A DNA stretch of 64,000 nucleotides, from the NCBI GenBank assembly GCA_008632985.1, contig QPGO01000055.1:1-64000 (forward strand). The letters are read 5' to 3'. A program made the translations under genes and the position numbers. Numbering within the stretch: position 1 is the first letter of the stretch; every line of letters begins with the position of its first letter. Shown piece by piece: positions 1 through 13,849 of this stretch. The DNA comes from Psammoneis japonica (lineage: Eukaryota). Under the pieces are notes generated by a model. It saw only the letters and a program-made list of their open reading frames with translations. It did not search any database and was not told the DNA's origin.

Positions 1-60
1 GAGTTGTGACATCTAAAGTCTCTCATACAAAACCGCAACTGAAAAGCAGCAAGAAGAAGA

Positions 61-2187
61 ATGTTTGAAATATTTCCCGGCTACGATGTCGCTCCAATGA
101 CGGAGCTGGCAATGCAGCTCCCAACCTTGGCATATGCTGTCCCATATGCAATAGATTGGAATCATGATGGTGTGCCAGATTTGTGGCACCACAACCACTA
201 CACTTTCACAAAGGCTGAGGACCGATGGTCGGATCCAAGTGTGAAAGTTAAAGGGCCAAAGCGATTTCCTGGAGGATGTATGGTTGATTGGGATGCAGTA
301 ATTCGCGATAACAAAAAAGGAACTTGGTACGCTCCTAATGAGGGCGACGGCTTTATTGATTGGACCGACACAAGCAAAGGATGGTGAGAAATGACTAGCT
401 ACCCCGTACAACCCGCCCTTGCGAATTAACTTAACCCTCGTTTTTCTTCTCGATCGCCAGCTTTGACACGCACTCCACAGCCTTCTTGGATATTGACAAT
501 GATGGTTACAAGGATCTTTTCATTGTTACCGGTGGTGGACGAGGGGTAGGCAATTCCTTTAATTACGACAATGTACTGTTTTGGGGAGAGCCAGCGAACA
601 ACACCCTTGGGTACAAGCTTGTAGGAGGTCGGGGAACAGCAACCTCGGCTATTCTAGAGGGTCGGAAAAAGAACCACAACGAAAGAGGACGCCACCAGCT
701 CTGGTTTGACGTGAATGGAGACGGACTGTTGGATATCATATTTCTTAACAGTGAGAGGAACGACCAGGTCTTCAGACCAGGCCAACTATATCTTAACAAC
801 GGCGATCGTACATTCCAGAAGGTCAAGCCAGGCGACACGGGCTTTGCTGAGTTTAGTAGTATGGCACTGTAAGGATTGATTGACATTTATGTTCTCATGT
901 TGCTCGTTTGGACCTTTCACTCATGAAATCTTTTCTTGGCTTCCATATAGTTTGACGGACATGGATGGCGATGGATATGCTCGTGAACTTGTAGTTCCGA
1001 GTGACTGCGAAGAACGCGACCCGAACAAGGAATATCCGTGGAACTTTGTTTGTGAGCGTTCCCCCAGAGGCAGCATCGGGGTGTACCGTCGTGGCTCAGC
1101 CGAATATTTGACGCGTGAGACCATACATGTATCAGACCAGAGGCGTGAAAACATTGTCTTTGCAATCGGTACCGCTGATTTTGATCTTGATGGCAAGCTA
1201 GATGTGGCAGTATTGTGGGGACGTCATATCAACTTCCATCTCTGGACTTCACGCAAGGAACGGTGTAGGGATATTTTCAAGAAGGAAAAACGTCAAGCAT
1301 GTTTACACACGTTGGGGAAGGCCGATCACCAATTTACCCTAGACCACTGTGGCAAAGAAGGTGCAACGAGTATGCGGTTTGCCGACTTCAACCTTGACGG
1401 TCGTATGGATCTCTTGACCCTTTGTCGAGACCCAGCTAAGCATCGTATCCATGAACTTATGCCCGATGGGAAGACATGGAAGGAAATGAAAGGTCCCGAT
1501 GGAAAGGCTATGCAGTTCGGGGCTCTTGCTGATCCTACCTTGATGCTCGGTGGAGAAGATTTTTGCAAAGGAGTTCCCACCACCTCAACAAAGCAGCTGC
1601 AATGCGAAGTACAATTCGGAGAAAAGGCTTGCCGAAAAGTCAAATACACGAACCAAGTTGTCTTGTGTAGCATGCGAGCTCAGGGAAAAGGTTCACCCCC
1701 TGCAGCTCTTGGTGCCACCGTAGTTGACATCGATAACGACGGATACCTTGACATTATCGTGGGTTACCGGACAGGGTCTTCTGTTATGCTTCGAAATACC
1801 TTCGGAGACATGTTGAAGAAAACAGCACATAAGTTTCTGGCTGTCCGGCTAGACAAGTCAGCGGGTGAAGCTGCGACTATTGGCGCCGTGGTTAAACTGA
1901 AAGCGGTTCGTATGGGCCCCTATTTCAACGAAACAATGACTCAAACCAGAGTCATTAGTTCACTGAGCCATGAAATCGACTCGAGTGGTGGTGCCGAAGA
2001 CCGGTTGATCTTTGGCCTAGGTCAAAGAGGGCGAATCACAAAAGTTATCGTCTTTTGGCCCAACTGTTGCCAAACAACTGTTGTCGACGCAAAAAACACG
2101 CAGCTGTGGAAAAGAACGAACTCTATGGATAATCCCTTTGAGATACCCGCCCCGTCCAATTGTAATCAAAGATGTTTGGCTGACTGA
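61..2187 (+). CDS. FG-GAP/VCBS repeat protein with C-terminal ASPIC/UnbV domain (CRTAC1-like); 3 visible exons, 5' end may lie outside the window
   Basis: Repeated DxDxDGxxD motifs (DIDNDGYKD, DVNGDGLLD, DFDLDGKLD, DFNLDGRMD, DIDNDGYLD) and a C-terminal 'IGAVV...LIFGLG...V.WP'. GT-AG introns at 384-460 and 869-950 join the three ORFs in frame. Confidence 0.85.
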
Positions 2188-2327
2188 TTGCATGAATCGC
2201 AAAGGCAGTGTGTGGCGATGACGAGTGTTTGGCCAAAACTAACAGGTAGTAACGCAATCGCACAAATTTTAGAAAACTAAAAAAGTACAGTTACTCACTG
2301 CATGACTGTGAAAGCACCCCAACACTC

Positions 2328-2497
2328 TACAAACGAAAACCTAGCTACTATCTAGTAGCTAGTAGCTCGCTAGCTAGCTAGAGAGCTATTACCTGCTTAC
2401 AAACGAAAACCTAGCTACTATAGCTAGCTAGCTATCATACTCTCTACTCTACTAGCTAGCTCTAGTTAGCTAGCTAGAGTAGAGAGTAGAGAGTAGT
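2328..2497. repeat. CTAG/AGCT/TAG-rich low-complexity tract containing a 24-bp direct repeat (2328-2351, 2398-2421)
   Basis: 'tacaaacgaaaacctagctactat' occurs twice, followed by runs of ctagctagctag/agagtag. Confidence 0.85.
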
Positions 2498-2750
2498 CCG
2501 CACATCCACTGCACACGGTGATACAGACACACAAGCGAACAGTCATAATGCCACGAAACACACGTAGATTTTCTACGATGGACTTCTGCGTGTTGGGAAT
2601 AAGATGAGGTGCGAAACATTTTGGAGACAGAGTGAATGCATTACACAGCCTACTTCCACGTTGTCATTGTTCTTCTTCCTGAAACTCGTTGTCAACCAAC
2701 TGATCCTCTTTGGTATTTGTTCCCGGACTAGTTTCTGAGAGCAAATTATA

Positions 2751-5131
2751 ATGGGAAATTCAGCTTCAGCATTACCTTACAGCATTGGAGATGAAGTTGT
2801 GAAGCTTCGAGACGGATGGATCTTACACGAGGGTTCCCGGAAGAGCGACGGAGCGACTGTATCGGTCTTTCAAGCGAACAAGCCTACTCTACAAAAGGCT
2901 CCTTTTGATCCGAGGCAATCTCAGTTTACGCAGGCTCCCGTAGCAGCTCATCATTTTCAACAGAGTAAGAAACTGCGGCATCCGCACATTCTCCAAGTTT
3001 ATGCGACTCTTGATACGGACAATCCTACGGACGATGCCAAAGCGAATGCATCAGGCACAGTAAAGCAAACGGGAGACTGGATTATTGTAACAGAACCCTG
3101 CATTCCTTTACAAACGTGGTTGGATGAGAATCCCAAGCCGCACCAAGTAGCTTGGGGATTAGAATGCATGATTAAAGCGGTCTCCTTTCTGCACAATTCG
3201 GCAAATTTGGCGCACGGAAATTTATCGCCCGACTCTTTCTTTGTCACTCTGGGCGGAGATGTAAAGTTATGGAACTTTGGATTGGTCACCACGACGGAAA
3301 GTGGAACGAGTCGGCATTTTCGAGATTATGACGGATTGGTATGTCCGAACGCCTATCGCAGTCCCGAGCGACGAGAGGCACGATGGGATGCTATATCTTC
3401 TTGTGCTATTCACGTTATGGACTCCTATTCTATGGGTATTCTAATTGGACACCTGTACCATGACGCTATTCCTGCACAATTGCAAAAGGCGGTACAACGC
3501 TTGCAAACAGCAAACATTCGTGCACGTCCGAGACTTGCGCCCTTGCTCAAGTGTCCCGTATTCGAGACACCCTATCGACAAGTACAGCAAACCATGGAAG
3601 AATTCACCGTGCAACCTGTGGAAGCCAAGTTAGCCTTTTGGCAAAGTCTTCCCAACCTACTCCAGAATCAAAGATTGGAGGAATCGGTTGCCACGCATAA
3701 GGTTCTGCCTCTCATGAAACAATCGATTCAGACCATTTGTGCCAGTGAATCGATGCTTTCACAAGACATGTACAGACGAGAAGGTATGTGCCGTCTCTTG
3801 CGAAGTATAGTGCTGCTTTTTTGTCCCACCCTGCTCACCATCCAATTCCGCCTCCCTCAGTCCTGGCTATACTTCCACCTCTCTTTTTCATCGCCGAGAC
3901 CTATCTTTCAAAGGAATCGGACTTTTTCTCCAGAGAGTTGTCTCCCATTGTGACACGCTTGTTTGCTGTCAATGACCGTGGCGTCCGCGGAGCACTCTTG
4001 GCGCGCACTTCGTTGTTTGTGTCGCACATGGACAAAAACCAACTGAACTCGGCTGTCTTTGAGCCAATGTGTTCTGGTTTTTCCGATTCAAGCGCCGCAT
4101 TGCGGGAACTGACCCTCAAGGCCACCATTTCCTTGGTCCCGCATTTGACTCCACCCAATCTGGAGAAATTGTCCCGTTATCTTGTTCGGCTCCAAGCCGA
4201 TCCAGAAACATCGATAAGGACCAACACTGTCATCTTCATTTGCAAACTAGCGCCGCACCTGACGGAAATGAATCGACAGAAGATGCTCTTGCCTGCCTAT
4301 ACACGCGCCATGAAGGACGGCTTTGTACCGTGTCGTTTGGCTGCTTTGCAGTCCTTGCAAAAGTCACAAGAGTTTTTTGATGCGCAAGGAATTGCAACTC
4401 GTGTTTTACCTGCTGTAATGCCCCAATTGTTGGATCCAGCTGCCAATGTCCGAAAAGAAGCCTTCGCCGTGGTTGATTCGTGCATGAATGTACTAAAGGA
4501 AGAAGACAAACGATTATCTGCGGTCGAAGCTGAAACCCCTCCTCCTCCCGTTCAAGCAACAAATAATGATCCAACCCAGTCTTCTGCGCAGCAACAAGGT
4601 GTACCTGCGGCACCCTCGAGTGGTAGTTACTTGTCTGGACTGTCCTCGTGGATGTCCAGTTCTGCTAAGCCCGCATACGTACCGACCGCACCAGCAGCTG
4701 CTCAAGCCGGAGCTCCATCGCAAGCCGCAGTGCCAAGACCGGCACCACAGCCGCAGTATCAGCAACCCGTCGCTCCGGTGCCTGCAATGTCCTCCTTATC
4801 ACTGAATCACAACACAACTACTGCGATGGATGACGATTTCGGCGATGGGTGGGATGACGATGATCTGGGGGGTGAATTGTCTACGCCTCCAACCGTATCC
4901 AAGAATTTGGTGTCTGCTGCGCCAGCCTCCTTATTTTCCGCCAATGATCAAGACGACCAAGACTTTTTCTCATCTTTTGATTCCAAACCGAGCAAGCCAG
5001 CAGCGAAATTCAGAAGCAGCGGCGGTAAGTTGAAGGTACCGAAAAAGTCAGCCGCCCAGCCACGAAAGCCCCCAAAGCCCGACATCACTAAGTTAGCCAT
5101 GGACGATACGGATGACTGGGATGATTTCTAG
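2751..5131 (+). CDS. SCY1-like (SCYL1/SCYL3/Cex1-type) pseudokinase with HEAT repeats
   Basis: Myristoylation-type MGNSAS start, kinase-like N-terminus (KKLRHPHIL, HGNLSP), HEAT region (DRGVRGALL, IRTNTVI) and an acidic DDWDDF tail. Intron 3784-3860 joins the ORFs in frame. Confidence 0.9.
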
Positions 5132-5796
5132 AGTCGAAATTTCAGTAGGGAGTCGTTATGAAATAGCGGTGTTTCTATATTACGTATAGTGTCCAACGTT
5201 ACTTCGACTAAATGATTTTTTTGCAGCGGTGTCGAAGAACTCATTCCTTTACGTTCTACTGTAGCTTGCCGCAGTCCCAACTAACGCTCCGAACTATCAC
5301 ACCTGAAAATCACGCTTTGAACTCACTTTCCGATTCACTCTCGCGATCGATCTCGGAACTCACGGAATTCATTCGCTCCCATCATTCGTCAATCTTCGAA
5401 GTAACGCTCCGAATCCCAATCTGGCAACTTATGCTCCTATCTCAATATCGACTCACGCTGAGAACTCGCTTGTCTCACAATTCACACGTCTCGGGATCTA
5501 CTCATTATTGCTCTCCCAAATCAGAGCGGAAAAAGTTATGCGTACCGGTAGTAGTCAAAACGAAACAGCTTTACATTGCCGCTACAGAACAACTAGAGAG
5601 CGCACGCACGTTTGAAAAATGTACACATTACTTATACCCATGAAATTATCAGATGGTGCATCGAAAAGGATGCACTGTGCGTATTCAAAATGAAAAGGCG
5701 ATTCATTGCCGCCACTGATTTCACTACTATAAAAAGTAGAGGGCACACACGCGTGCCAAAAACAGTCCCCCCTCACCCCGTTACACCGACGGGCAC

Positions 5797-6879
5797 TCAC
5801 GGCCTCAGTCTCTTCCTGTTGAAATCCGCTACATCCTTTTGATAACGCTCCATATCCATGGCTGCGACATCTCTGTAAAACTCCTTCTCATAATGAGGTA
5901 ACTCCCTCCATCGCTTCCCCACTTCCTTAGAGAGCGTCGTAAACCCAATCTTGCCGTGCGTCTTGCGATGAGGACGTCGAGTCGTGCGATCCTTGCTCAA
6001 ATGTTGCTGCAGAAGCGTCTTCTTTCGATCTTGTTGGTATCGCTCTTCCTTTTGTTCGGCATTCTCCACCGTATCTCCACTGAGGATTCTCTCTCGCTCG
6101 TCACGAAAGAAAAAGTTATACGCAGAGAGTGGACGAATCGGCGCGTCGGGTGCCTCAGGAGCACCATGATGATGATGCCCGCGTCCTTTGTTCGTCTTTT
6201 CCAATTGCTTGGCGATTTCTGCTTGAGCCTGCATCGCCATAAAGGCTTCATTCGTACCAACCGAAGAAGGCAGAAAGTTATTCGGAGGATTCATACCTGC
6301 AGCCCACGCTTGGGGTGGTTGATGCGGCGGCGGCGGCGGCTGCTGTGGATCTTGAGGAGGAAGAGGCATCCCGGGATGCGGCTGCTGATGCGGGAGCATT
6401 CCTGAATTAGCCAGCATCATAAAGTCTGGATTCATGCCACCACCAGACATGTTGGACATCATCATCATGGCCATCATGGGGTTATTCATGGGATTGTTCA
6501 TTGCAGTGTTTGCGTTGTTCGGGTTGTTCAGGAACATTTGCTGCTGATTCATAATTTGCTGATTTCTGGCTGCGAGTTGCTGCTGAAACGAGGCATGATC
6601 GCCGCCGCCCTGACGCATCATGCTCTGGCGCTGATTCTCCATCATGATGAGTCGCTGCTGTTCGTCCAGGTACTGATTCGAATTCATCATACCGCCGGCC
6701 TGAAAAGGTGTCGGATCCATAGCAGTAGTCGGATTAGAACTACCGGCAGTACCGGTTTGATTCAAAACATCTTCTGAATCATCTTTCTGCTGCGGTTGCT
6801 CTGGCTGAGCCGCACTTGCAAAGCCTGGCTGTGCGTTATCGTCATCGGTTTTATCCGTATCCGACATGGTTCGTGACAT
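5797..6879 (-). CDS. HMG-box transcription factor with Q/N/M/P-rich low-complexity N-terminus
   Basis: PIRPLSAYNFFFRDER...RPHRKTHGKIGFTTLSKEVGKRW...YRDVAAMDMERY, the typical diatom HMG-box form. Confidence 0.9.
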   Translation of the reverse strand: MSRTMSDTDKTDDDNAQPGFASAAQPEQPQQKDDSEDVLNQTGTAGSSNPTTAMDPTPFQAGGMMNSNQYLDEQQRLIMMENQRQSMMRQGGGDHASFQQQLAARNQQIMNQQQMFLNNPNNANTAMNNPMNNPMMAMMMMSNMSGGGMNPDFMMLANSGMLPHQQPHPGMPLPPQDPQQPPPPPHQPPQAWAAGMNPPNNFLPSSVGTNEAFMAMQAQAEIAKQLEKTNKGRGHHHHGAPEAPDAPIRPLSAYNFFFRDERERILSGDTVENAEQKEERYQQDRKKTLLQQHLSKDRTTRRPHRKTHGKIGFTTLSKEVGKRWRELPHYEKEFYRDVAAMDMERYQKDVADFNRKRLRP

Positions 6880-7355
6880 AGCCTAAGTCAGTCTCCAAGC
6901 GATTTGTGCTTCTTTGTGTACAATGAGAAGAGATGTTTCTGATGCGAATACTGTAGAGACCATTGCCGTGACACTGTCCCTATTGCCGCCACAGGCAAAA
7001 GCAAAAGCGGCAGTTGAGCATTTGCGAACACATCCTTTTGCAACGCCTGAAAATGTTTATGATTCAAAGAGGTCATTTCCGCTGATACCAACGTCGAGTA
7101 TTGATTATGTTCAAATCTTTATAGTATTTTGTTTCGCGCAAAGAACACTTCTCAACCAATAAATCATTCAAATGGTATCTTTGGAGTTCGCACGAAGGTG
7201 TCAATCGAAAACAGAATTCGCGACCAACTCATTCTTGCGAGATGCGCGGTCATCGACGAATAAATTCTCATTGCTCATTGCACAGCACAGCGCAAACACA
7301 ACTGCGAGAAGTGTATTATTTTGTGTTTCTTCTCCTTAGCAACCACCAAACCACA

Positions 7356-8500
7356 ATGTATTACAGAACAGTCATCAGTTTCATCCTTGTATCACTGGCT
7401 TATGGTCGATTGATGGAATTTCAGAACAAGACAACAATCGAGAATCAACAGCAACAACAATTCCGTTCTGAGAAGGTTTCTGTCGACGTCGACCACCATG
7501 ACTCGAAGACACGCGGTTTATCACAAACGCATCCGTTCGAAACGAGCGTTTGTTTTGATTTATCCGACAAGCATGTGTGTGTAGGAAGTATTCAGCTGGG
7601 CGACACTGGACAACAAGTGCAAGTGACTACTCAAGCGAATCAAACGTTTCAACCTCACCACCTTGCCTCGTTGTGCAGTGCCACGTACAATCAAGTCCCA
7701 TGCCGCTATTGTAGAACCTGTGGCAATCATATGAACCGAATGACTCTAGACTGTTCCAATGTGATTGCTAATTCATCGTGTTCAAGAATCAATTGTGATG
7801 GGACGTGTCATTCAACATCACGTGGTTCTGTATGGATTTCAGAATTAGCGGCCTTTAAACATGCCATGTTGGCGAGTGCCATGCTTTCTGTAATTGTCAT
7901 GACGTTTGTGCGTTCGATATTTCAAACTTGTTGCAAACATCAACGTCAACAGCATCACCAACAACAATTGTGGCCATGACGGATTTTGAAGAGAGTTATC
8001 CGCCCGAACAGGAACTTACAGCGGAGCGACAAGAATTGATTGAAGCGTCGTTGATTCGAAAGGTAAGATTCTGTTGAGCATGCAGCACGGCTTGCTTTTT
8101 TGTTATTGCTGTGGTTCTTACTCGTATCTTACGTACTTCTCATCAATTATTCTAGTCTGCTACTTTGGATGAAAACGAGAGAATCATTCATAAGGATGAA
8201 TCTGACAAAGCTGGTTTGAACACCTCTAAGACTAACAATAGTCACGAGGAAAATTACACAATGCTTTCCACTAACGATACTGATATTCCAAACGAAACCG
8301 AGAATGATTCAGAAAAGCAACAACATGTTTGTCAAGTATGTTTGGAACCGCTCGCGGACGAAGTTGCAGAGTCGAGGGTGTCGAACTGTCGTCATGCGTT
8401 TCACTATGAATGCATTGTGGCATGGCTGCAGAGTCGCAATGATTGTCCGTGTTGTCGCGCCAACTTTTTGATGGTACAAGGGCCTGGTACACTTGCCTGA
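7356..8500 (+). CDS. Signal peptide + Cys-rich ectodomain + TM + RING-H2 E3 ligase; apparent frameshift near 7940-7975
   Basis: Signal peptide MYYRTVISFILVSLAYG, a TM segment, then ERQELIEASLIRK in another frame. Intron 8063-8155 is followed by CQVC...CRHAFHYEC...CPCCR (RING-H2). Confidence 0.7.
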
Positions 8501-11500
8501 AATACTTTGTTATAGTTTTTGGAACGCCTCATGCTGTACTGGCGGGTACCAACTTTTTCCAGGACAGGAGCAGCGTGGGGCGTCACGTGCAGTTGTGTCA
8601 TTCACTGCTGGATAATGCGATTAAGCTAACGAACTATTTGGATCTAGCTATGTTTCTGTTTACTACTAAAATAGAGTGGGATGAACGGCTCAATTGTAGT
8701 GTGCTACTCTCTTGTAGCTACAGAGATGAAGCGACCGAAGGGTGCGATGCCCAAGACAGGTGTGACCAGTGTCCAACGCAAGACCAGCTCGTTGCAGTCT
8801 AGGGAAAGGAGAAAAGATCGCACACCTTTTATCTCTCTTATCTCTTATCTTTCATGATGACTCTTCCAATTCCTTTTTCATGATTTCTAGCATCCCAGAT
8901 GCCAGTCGTAGATTCCAAACCAAATCGAAAAGCATTGATGATTCCTCTCAGGCAACAACCTTTCACACGAAAATGCACAGAATTGCACACCTTCATTGGC
9001 AAAATGATTTGCTCACCAGGAGGTGACCTGCACCAGTGGGGAAGCCACTTCCTGCCTCCCAACAACATGCATGTGCAATCAACCACACTGCATGAGTTCC
9101 ACATCAAGAAGCCCACCTCTCCTGTCATCTTGTGAAACCAAGATCTGACATCAACTGGTGCTCTGGTTGCAGCCTTGCCAATGGAACACTTCAAGTGCTG
9201 CACAATGTTGTCAAGTCATGGCAAAAGAACACCTTTGTTGAAACAAGAGGATGGCTCTCCAAGCTGTGAGAGTTGTTTTGCTTGTCTTGTGCCTTTCTTG
9301 CATCTTGCACCAGGAATCATGGATTCACCCATGTTTGCTCTGGAGCACTTTTTGATCAAGCCAAAGACTTCATTTGCAACCAGATGGCATCTCCTCAAGT
9401 GCATCAAGTTTGTGAATGCTCTGCTCATGCCAGCACAAGTGTCTGCACATTGTCACCATGATGCAAGAAAGACACCCCTCATTTTCCACCCTCAAGAAAT
9501 TGCACACCACAGTGTGCCCTTTTGGCTTGCCCTGTGAGCGGGGTGGGTCTCAAAAGCTTTTTTTGGAGCATGGAGGCACAACAAAAAGCAGCACTTCCCC
9601 AAACCTGATGCAGACGAAAGGAGGCTGGGTCAGACTGGAGTGTTGCTGATGAGCACAATCAACCTGCAACACACAATGGCCAAGCAGCAAAGTGTTGTGG
9701 AGAGGGTGGGTGGCAGCTGTGTGGTCTTCACAACACAGCTGCTGCTTGTGTCAAATGTGGCGCAAATGAGGACAGCTGACAGCAGCTGTGTTTCTTTGGT
9801 TGCAAAAAAGCTGTAAAAAGCTGTGCTGTCAACAAAGAGTGCCATTGCTGTGCTGCCATTGACTTGTGCACTCAAATGACACTGCACTTGAAAATGGTTG
9901 CCATGTCTCAAGTGGGTCCAAGAGCCACCCTTTAACTTCCAGGTGCCCAAAAGAAAAATGACTTGGCACTGTTGTGAATGACTCTGTCAAATCTGTTGAG
10001 GTTGTGCAGATGGAGCGCTGCTTTTCCAGGTCCAAGCACAGTTGTCACAGCAACTTCTTCTGGCATTTTTTTGGATTGTGCTGCTGTGTCAAAGCTTGAG
10101 TTGACACAGCCAACAAGCAACCTGTGGCAGTTGTGAAAAAAGACAAAGCCATCAAGCATTGAGAACATCATTGCAGACATGACAAAACAAGAAGTTGCAC
10201 ATGGGAAGTCAAAAGCTTGAGCATGTCACACACCCAAAAAAGCAATGTGTGCCAGCAGAGGTCACAGCACATGCATGCATGCCAACAGAGTTCACCACAC
10301 ATGTGAGAAGCAAGCACAGAGAAGAAAATTTCAGATTGAGAGCCAACAGCAACATTGACAAAAACACAGCCCACCTCCTGCAAAAATCATCTCTGACATG
10401 GAGGGCAATGATGGAGACAACAAGGATGGGTGCAGCACAAATGTTGAAGTTGAACAAGCCAGCTGCTCAACCACAAGATGTTGAGCCCAACATGCACCCT
10501 TGGTTTGGCAAGGTTCTTTCACAAAAAGCACATGGTGCATTTGCAGCATTTGTTGTGGCTTGGCTCTCTGTTGTTGTGTCCTTTGTCTCCTCATGCTGCC
10601 ACGCATCAATGTTGAGTTTGTCACAGCAAAATGGCAGAGCCACAATGGAAACAAGATCAATGAGAGCTTCCTCAGGCAGCTTGGAAAATGTGCCCATTGT
10701 GCTGGGCTGGGTGCACAAGAGATGGCAAGGGCACTTGCAAAGCCAACAATTTTTTTGCAGATGTTCTTGATGCAAAGACAAGAAGCCAAAAAACATGGAG
10801 CCAGTGCAAGTCAATTCTTTGTGACAGACAAGAAAAAAAGGTGCCTCCTGAGCAACACCTGTTCCAATCATGTTGCACTGCTCTCAGGTCAGCCCAATGA
10901 CTCACATGCCCCTTTTTTCAAGTGCTTTCATGGAGCCAGCACACTTGAAGGATGACATCAAAATACAGAGCCACTGCTTTGGGAGCCTTCAATTTCTTTT
11001 CCTGGCTTCCTGATGCTTTGTTGCACAAATTTGTTGTTCAAAGCTGGAACCATGACATCAGATTTGTGTTCTTGGCTGCTGCCCACAACATGTCAGCTGC
11101 TTCAATGGCTGGGAACAAATTGGGCATGAGAATTTTAGATGACTGTGTCATGGAAGGAGCTGCTTGAGCTGCCTCATTCAAAGTGTGGGGGATGACTGGG
11201 GATTCAAAAAAAATGCTGGGAAGGAGTGAGTTTAGTTTCCAGGGCACCCTTCTGCAAGACAACAGTCTTGAAAGACAAAACATCAAAGCTGGGTGATGCT
11301 TGTGAAGATGGTTGTTTGGACAAAGATGCGAGCACTGGAAGCTGCCTGTCAAAGTGCCAGCAAAGTGGACAACAAGCAAAAAAGAAGACAAACTTGTGAA
11401 ACCAAGTTGTCAAGGATGAACAAGATGATGCCAAGAAACCCAAATTCTTGACATGATGCACAAAAATGCACCCTCCATTTTGTGGCATGTTGGAAGGAGT

Positions 11501-13849
11501 TCAAGCAAATTGGGGGCACTGCAGCATGGCTGGTCCAGCATTTCTGGCAACAACTTGGTTTGCCACTTTTGTTTTGGGTGTGTCAAAAGAGGAGTTTGTG
11601 GAAAGGTTGTTGTTGTGTGCTGGTGAATTTTGTTCGCTGCCAGAGGCTGGGCCAGCTGCATGCATGAAATCACATTGCTCCTGGCAGCAAAAAAAGCAAA
11701 CCCAGATTCAAAAAAGTTCTGAGAGGCTCAACTGAACAGAGACAATGGTTGGTCACCTTGACAATGACAAGCTGGCAAAACCAGCACATTCAGGCAATCT
11801 GGTGTGTGTCAGAGTCAACATGGAGAACACTCAAAAGTTGTGCTTGACTCTCTTCAACGTGATGGTGAACTTAAACTTCTGCTGCAAGCAACAATTTTCA
11901 CACCAGCTTTGATGACAACAACTCAGTGCCAACTGTTGGGTGTGTCCCCCATTTGGACAGCACTGATGATGTAAGAAAGTCAACCATCCCCAAGATTTGC
12001 TCCAGGTCCAGGAGGTGGGAGGAGCTTGTGCTGCTGGGTTGTGGAGAAATTTTTTTTGACTGCCTGGCACCAAATGCACACATTTCTGTGGTGTGCTCTC
12101 TTTTGCAAAATTGATCTGTGCCCCTGTTTTGTGAAGCCAAAGGTTTTTGTTGCACCCATTTCTGAGGAGGCACAATTTTGGGCTGGGCATTTTTTCATTT
12201 TTTCTGAAGAAAAAACACCTGGGCACACCACAAAGTGTGTGCTTCAACCATGATGGTTCTCTCTGCCATCAAGAAGCATTGTTGAAACACATGCCAACTT
12301 GAGCTGCTCCAACTCAGTGAGCTGTGTGGTCCATGTTGTTGTGACATCGTGACATCTCCAGCAAAAAGCTGGAGCCTGCTCTTGGTTTCACACCCCCCCT
12401 CTTGTGAGCCACCCAGCAATGGCTGCAGTGCCTTGAACTTCCAGCTCATCAGGAGGTGCAGGAAGTGAATTTGGAGATTGACAGCATTGTTTGCCTTGGC
12501 AGCAATGCTCTTCTTGAGCATCTTGCTCATCAGCAAGGCCTGTTGTTCCAGGCATTCAGTGGCAGCAAATCCTTGATGACAAGCAACTTGCAACCTCATC
12601 TGGTTGTTGTTGCACCTGCAATGCCACAGAGCAGCTGCAAGTTTGCATTTCAAACATGAGCTTTCACATGTTTGAGTGGAAAAATGTGTGCTGGTGGCAA
12701 TCAGCTTGCTTCAGCTGCTGGCTCCTCTGCTGGCAAACCTGGATGCCAGGCACTGACATTTTTGTGTCATTGCTTGTTGCTGCATTTGGCACAAAACCAG
12801 CAACAACCAAACAACTGAGTTGCACAAATGTGTCAGTTGACAAATGCTCCCACACATCTTGGCTTTTGCCTGCGTGCTCAAGATCAACAAGCTGCAATTT
12901 AAAGACAAGCTTGATGGACTGCTCACATCTGGCCCCAGCAAACCCAGGTGTTGCACAAGCATTTTTTGACTGACATGATGCACTCAACCAACAACTGCAA
13001 TGACACCGCCATTGTGCCATTCACAACACCTGCTCTGGGCTGCTGTGAATGTCAGAGTGGCTGCTGAGAACCAGGAAAGACAAAACCAAGAGTTGATGTG
13101 GCAATGAACAGATTTGCAAAACATTGCAGAGGGGCTCTCTGAGTCATGCTGCGCACACACACACAGTGGCTGGCAATGACACATGGTCAAGTTCAACTGC
13201 CTGGAGAGACATGGGGTGATCTCATGGGTGCATGACAGGCAATCTGAGGTGTTTTTGTCTTTGTTTCTGTTGCCGCTGCTGCAGCTTTTTAAGTGCTCTC
13301 CTCTTGTCAGTTTGGGTGCTTTTTAAGCTGGACATCTCTTCCAGGAATCTTCACAAACCTTGGTTTTTTGTGCCTGCAGGTGCCAAAATTTCTTTTGTGT
13401 GCCAATCACGCCGCACAAGTTCCCATTGCTCATCCCACATTTTGATTGATTGCATGGAGCATTTTGATTCTCTCTCTCTCTCTCTTTCACATGCAGCCAG
13501 AGAGTGCATTCTGGCAGCCCAAACGTTTTTTCACACAGAGCCACCAACTGGGTTCCTTGCCCACCAAAAAGCACTTTGTGCACTCTCCATTTTTCTGAGC
13601 TTGTGGTTGGCTGGCTCGTGTTCAAAGTCAGCTCTTTCACATCGTTTTGGTGTTGCCTTGCCGGGCTCTATCTCTTTATGATCTTGTGTGGTTTCAACGG
13701 ATGCATGCAGTGCAGTTGTGACCGTCGCCAAAAGGAACACAAAGATTGCACACATTGGAGACAGAACATTGTCATTGATTCAGTCAACGCTCCAATGCTC
13801 ATCGTCAACTGTTGCATCGTGTGAGTGCGCGTTCAACGGTCGAATCCCC

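Noticed and set aside
5212..5643. 143-aa ORF with short degenerate repeats (aacgctccgaa twice) between convergent genes
   Set aside because: No recognisable domain; the repeats are too short and degenerate to call an element.
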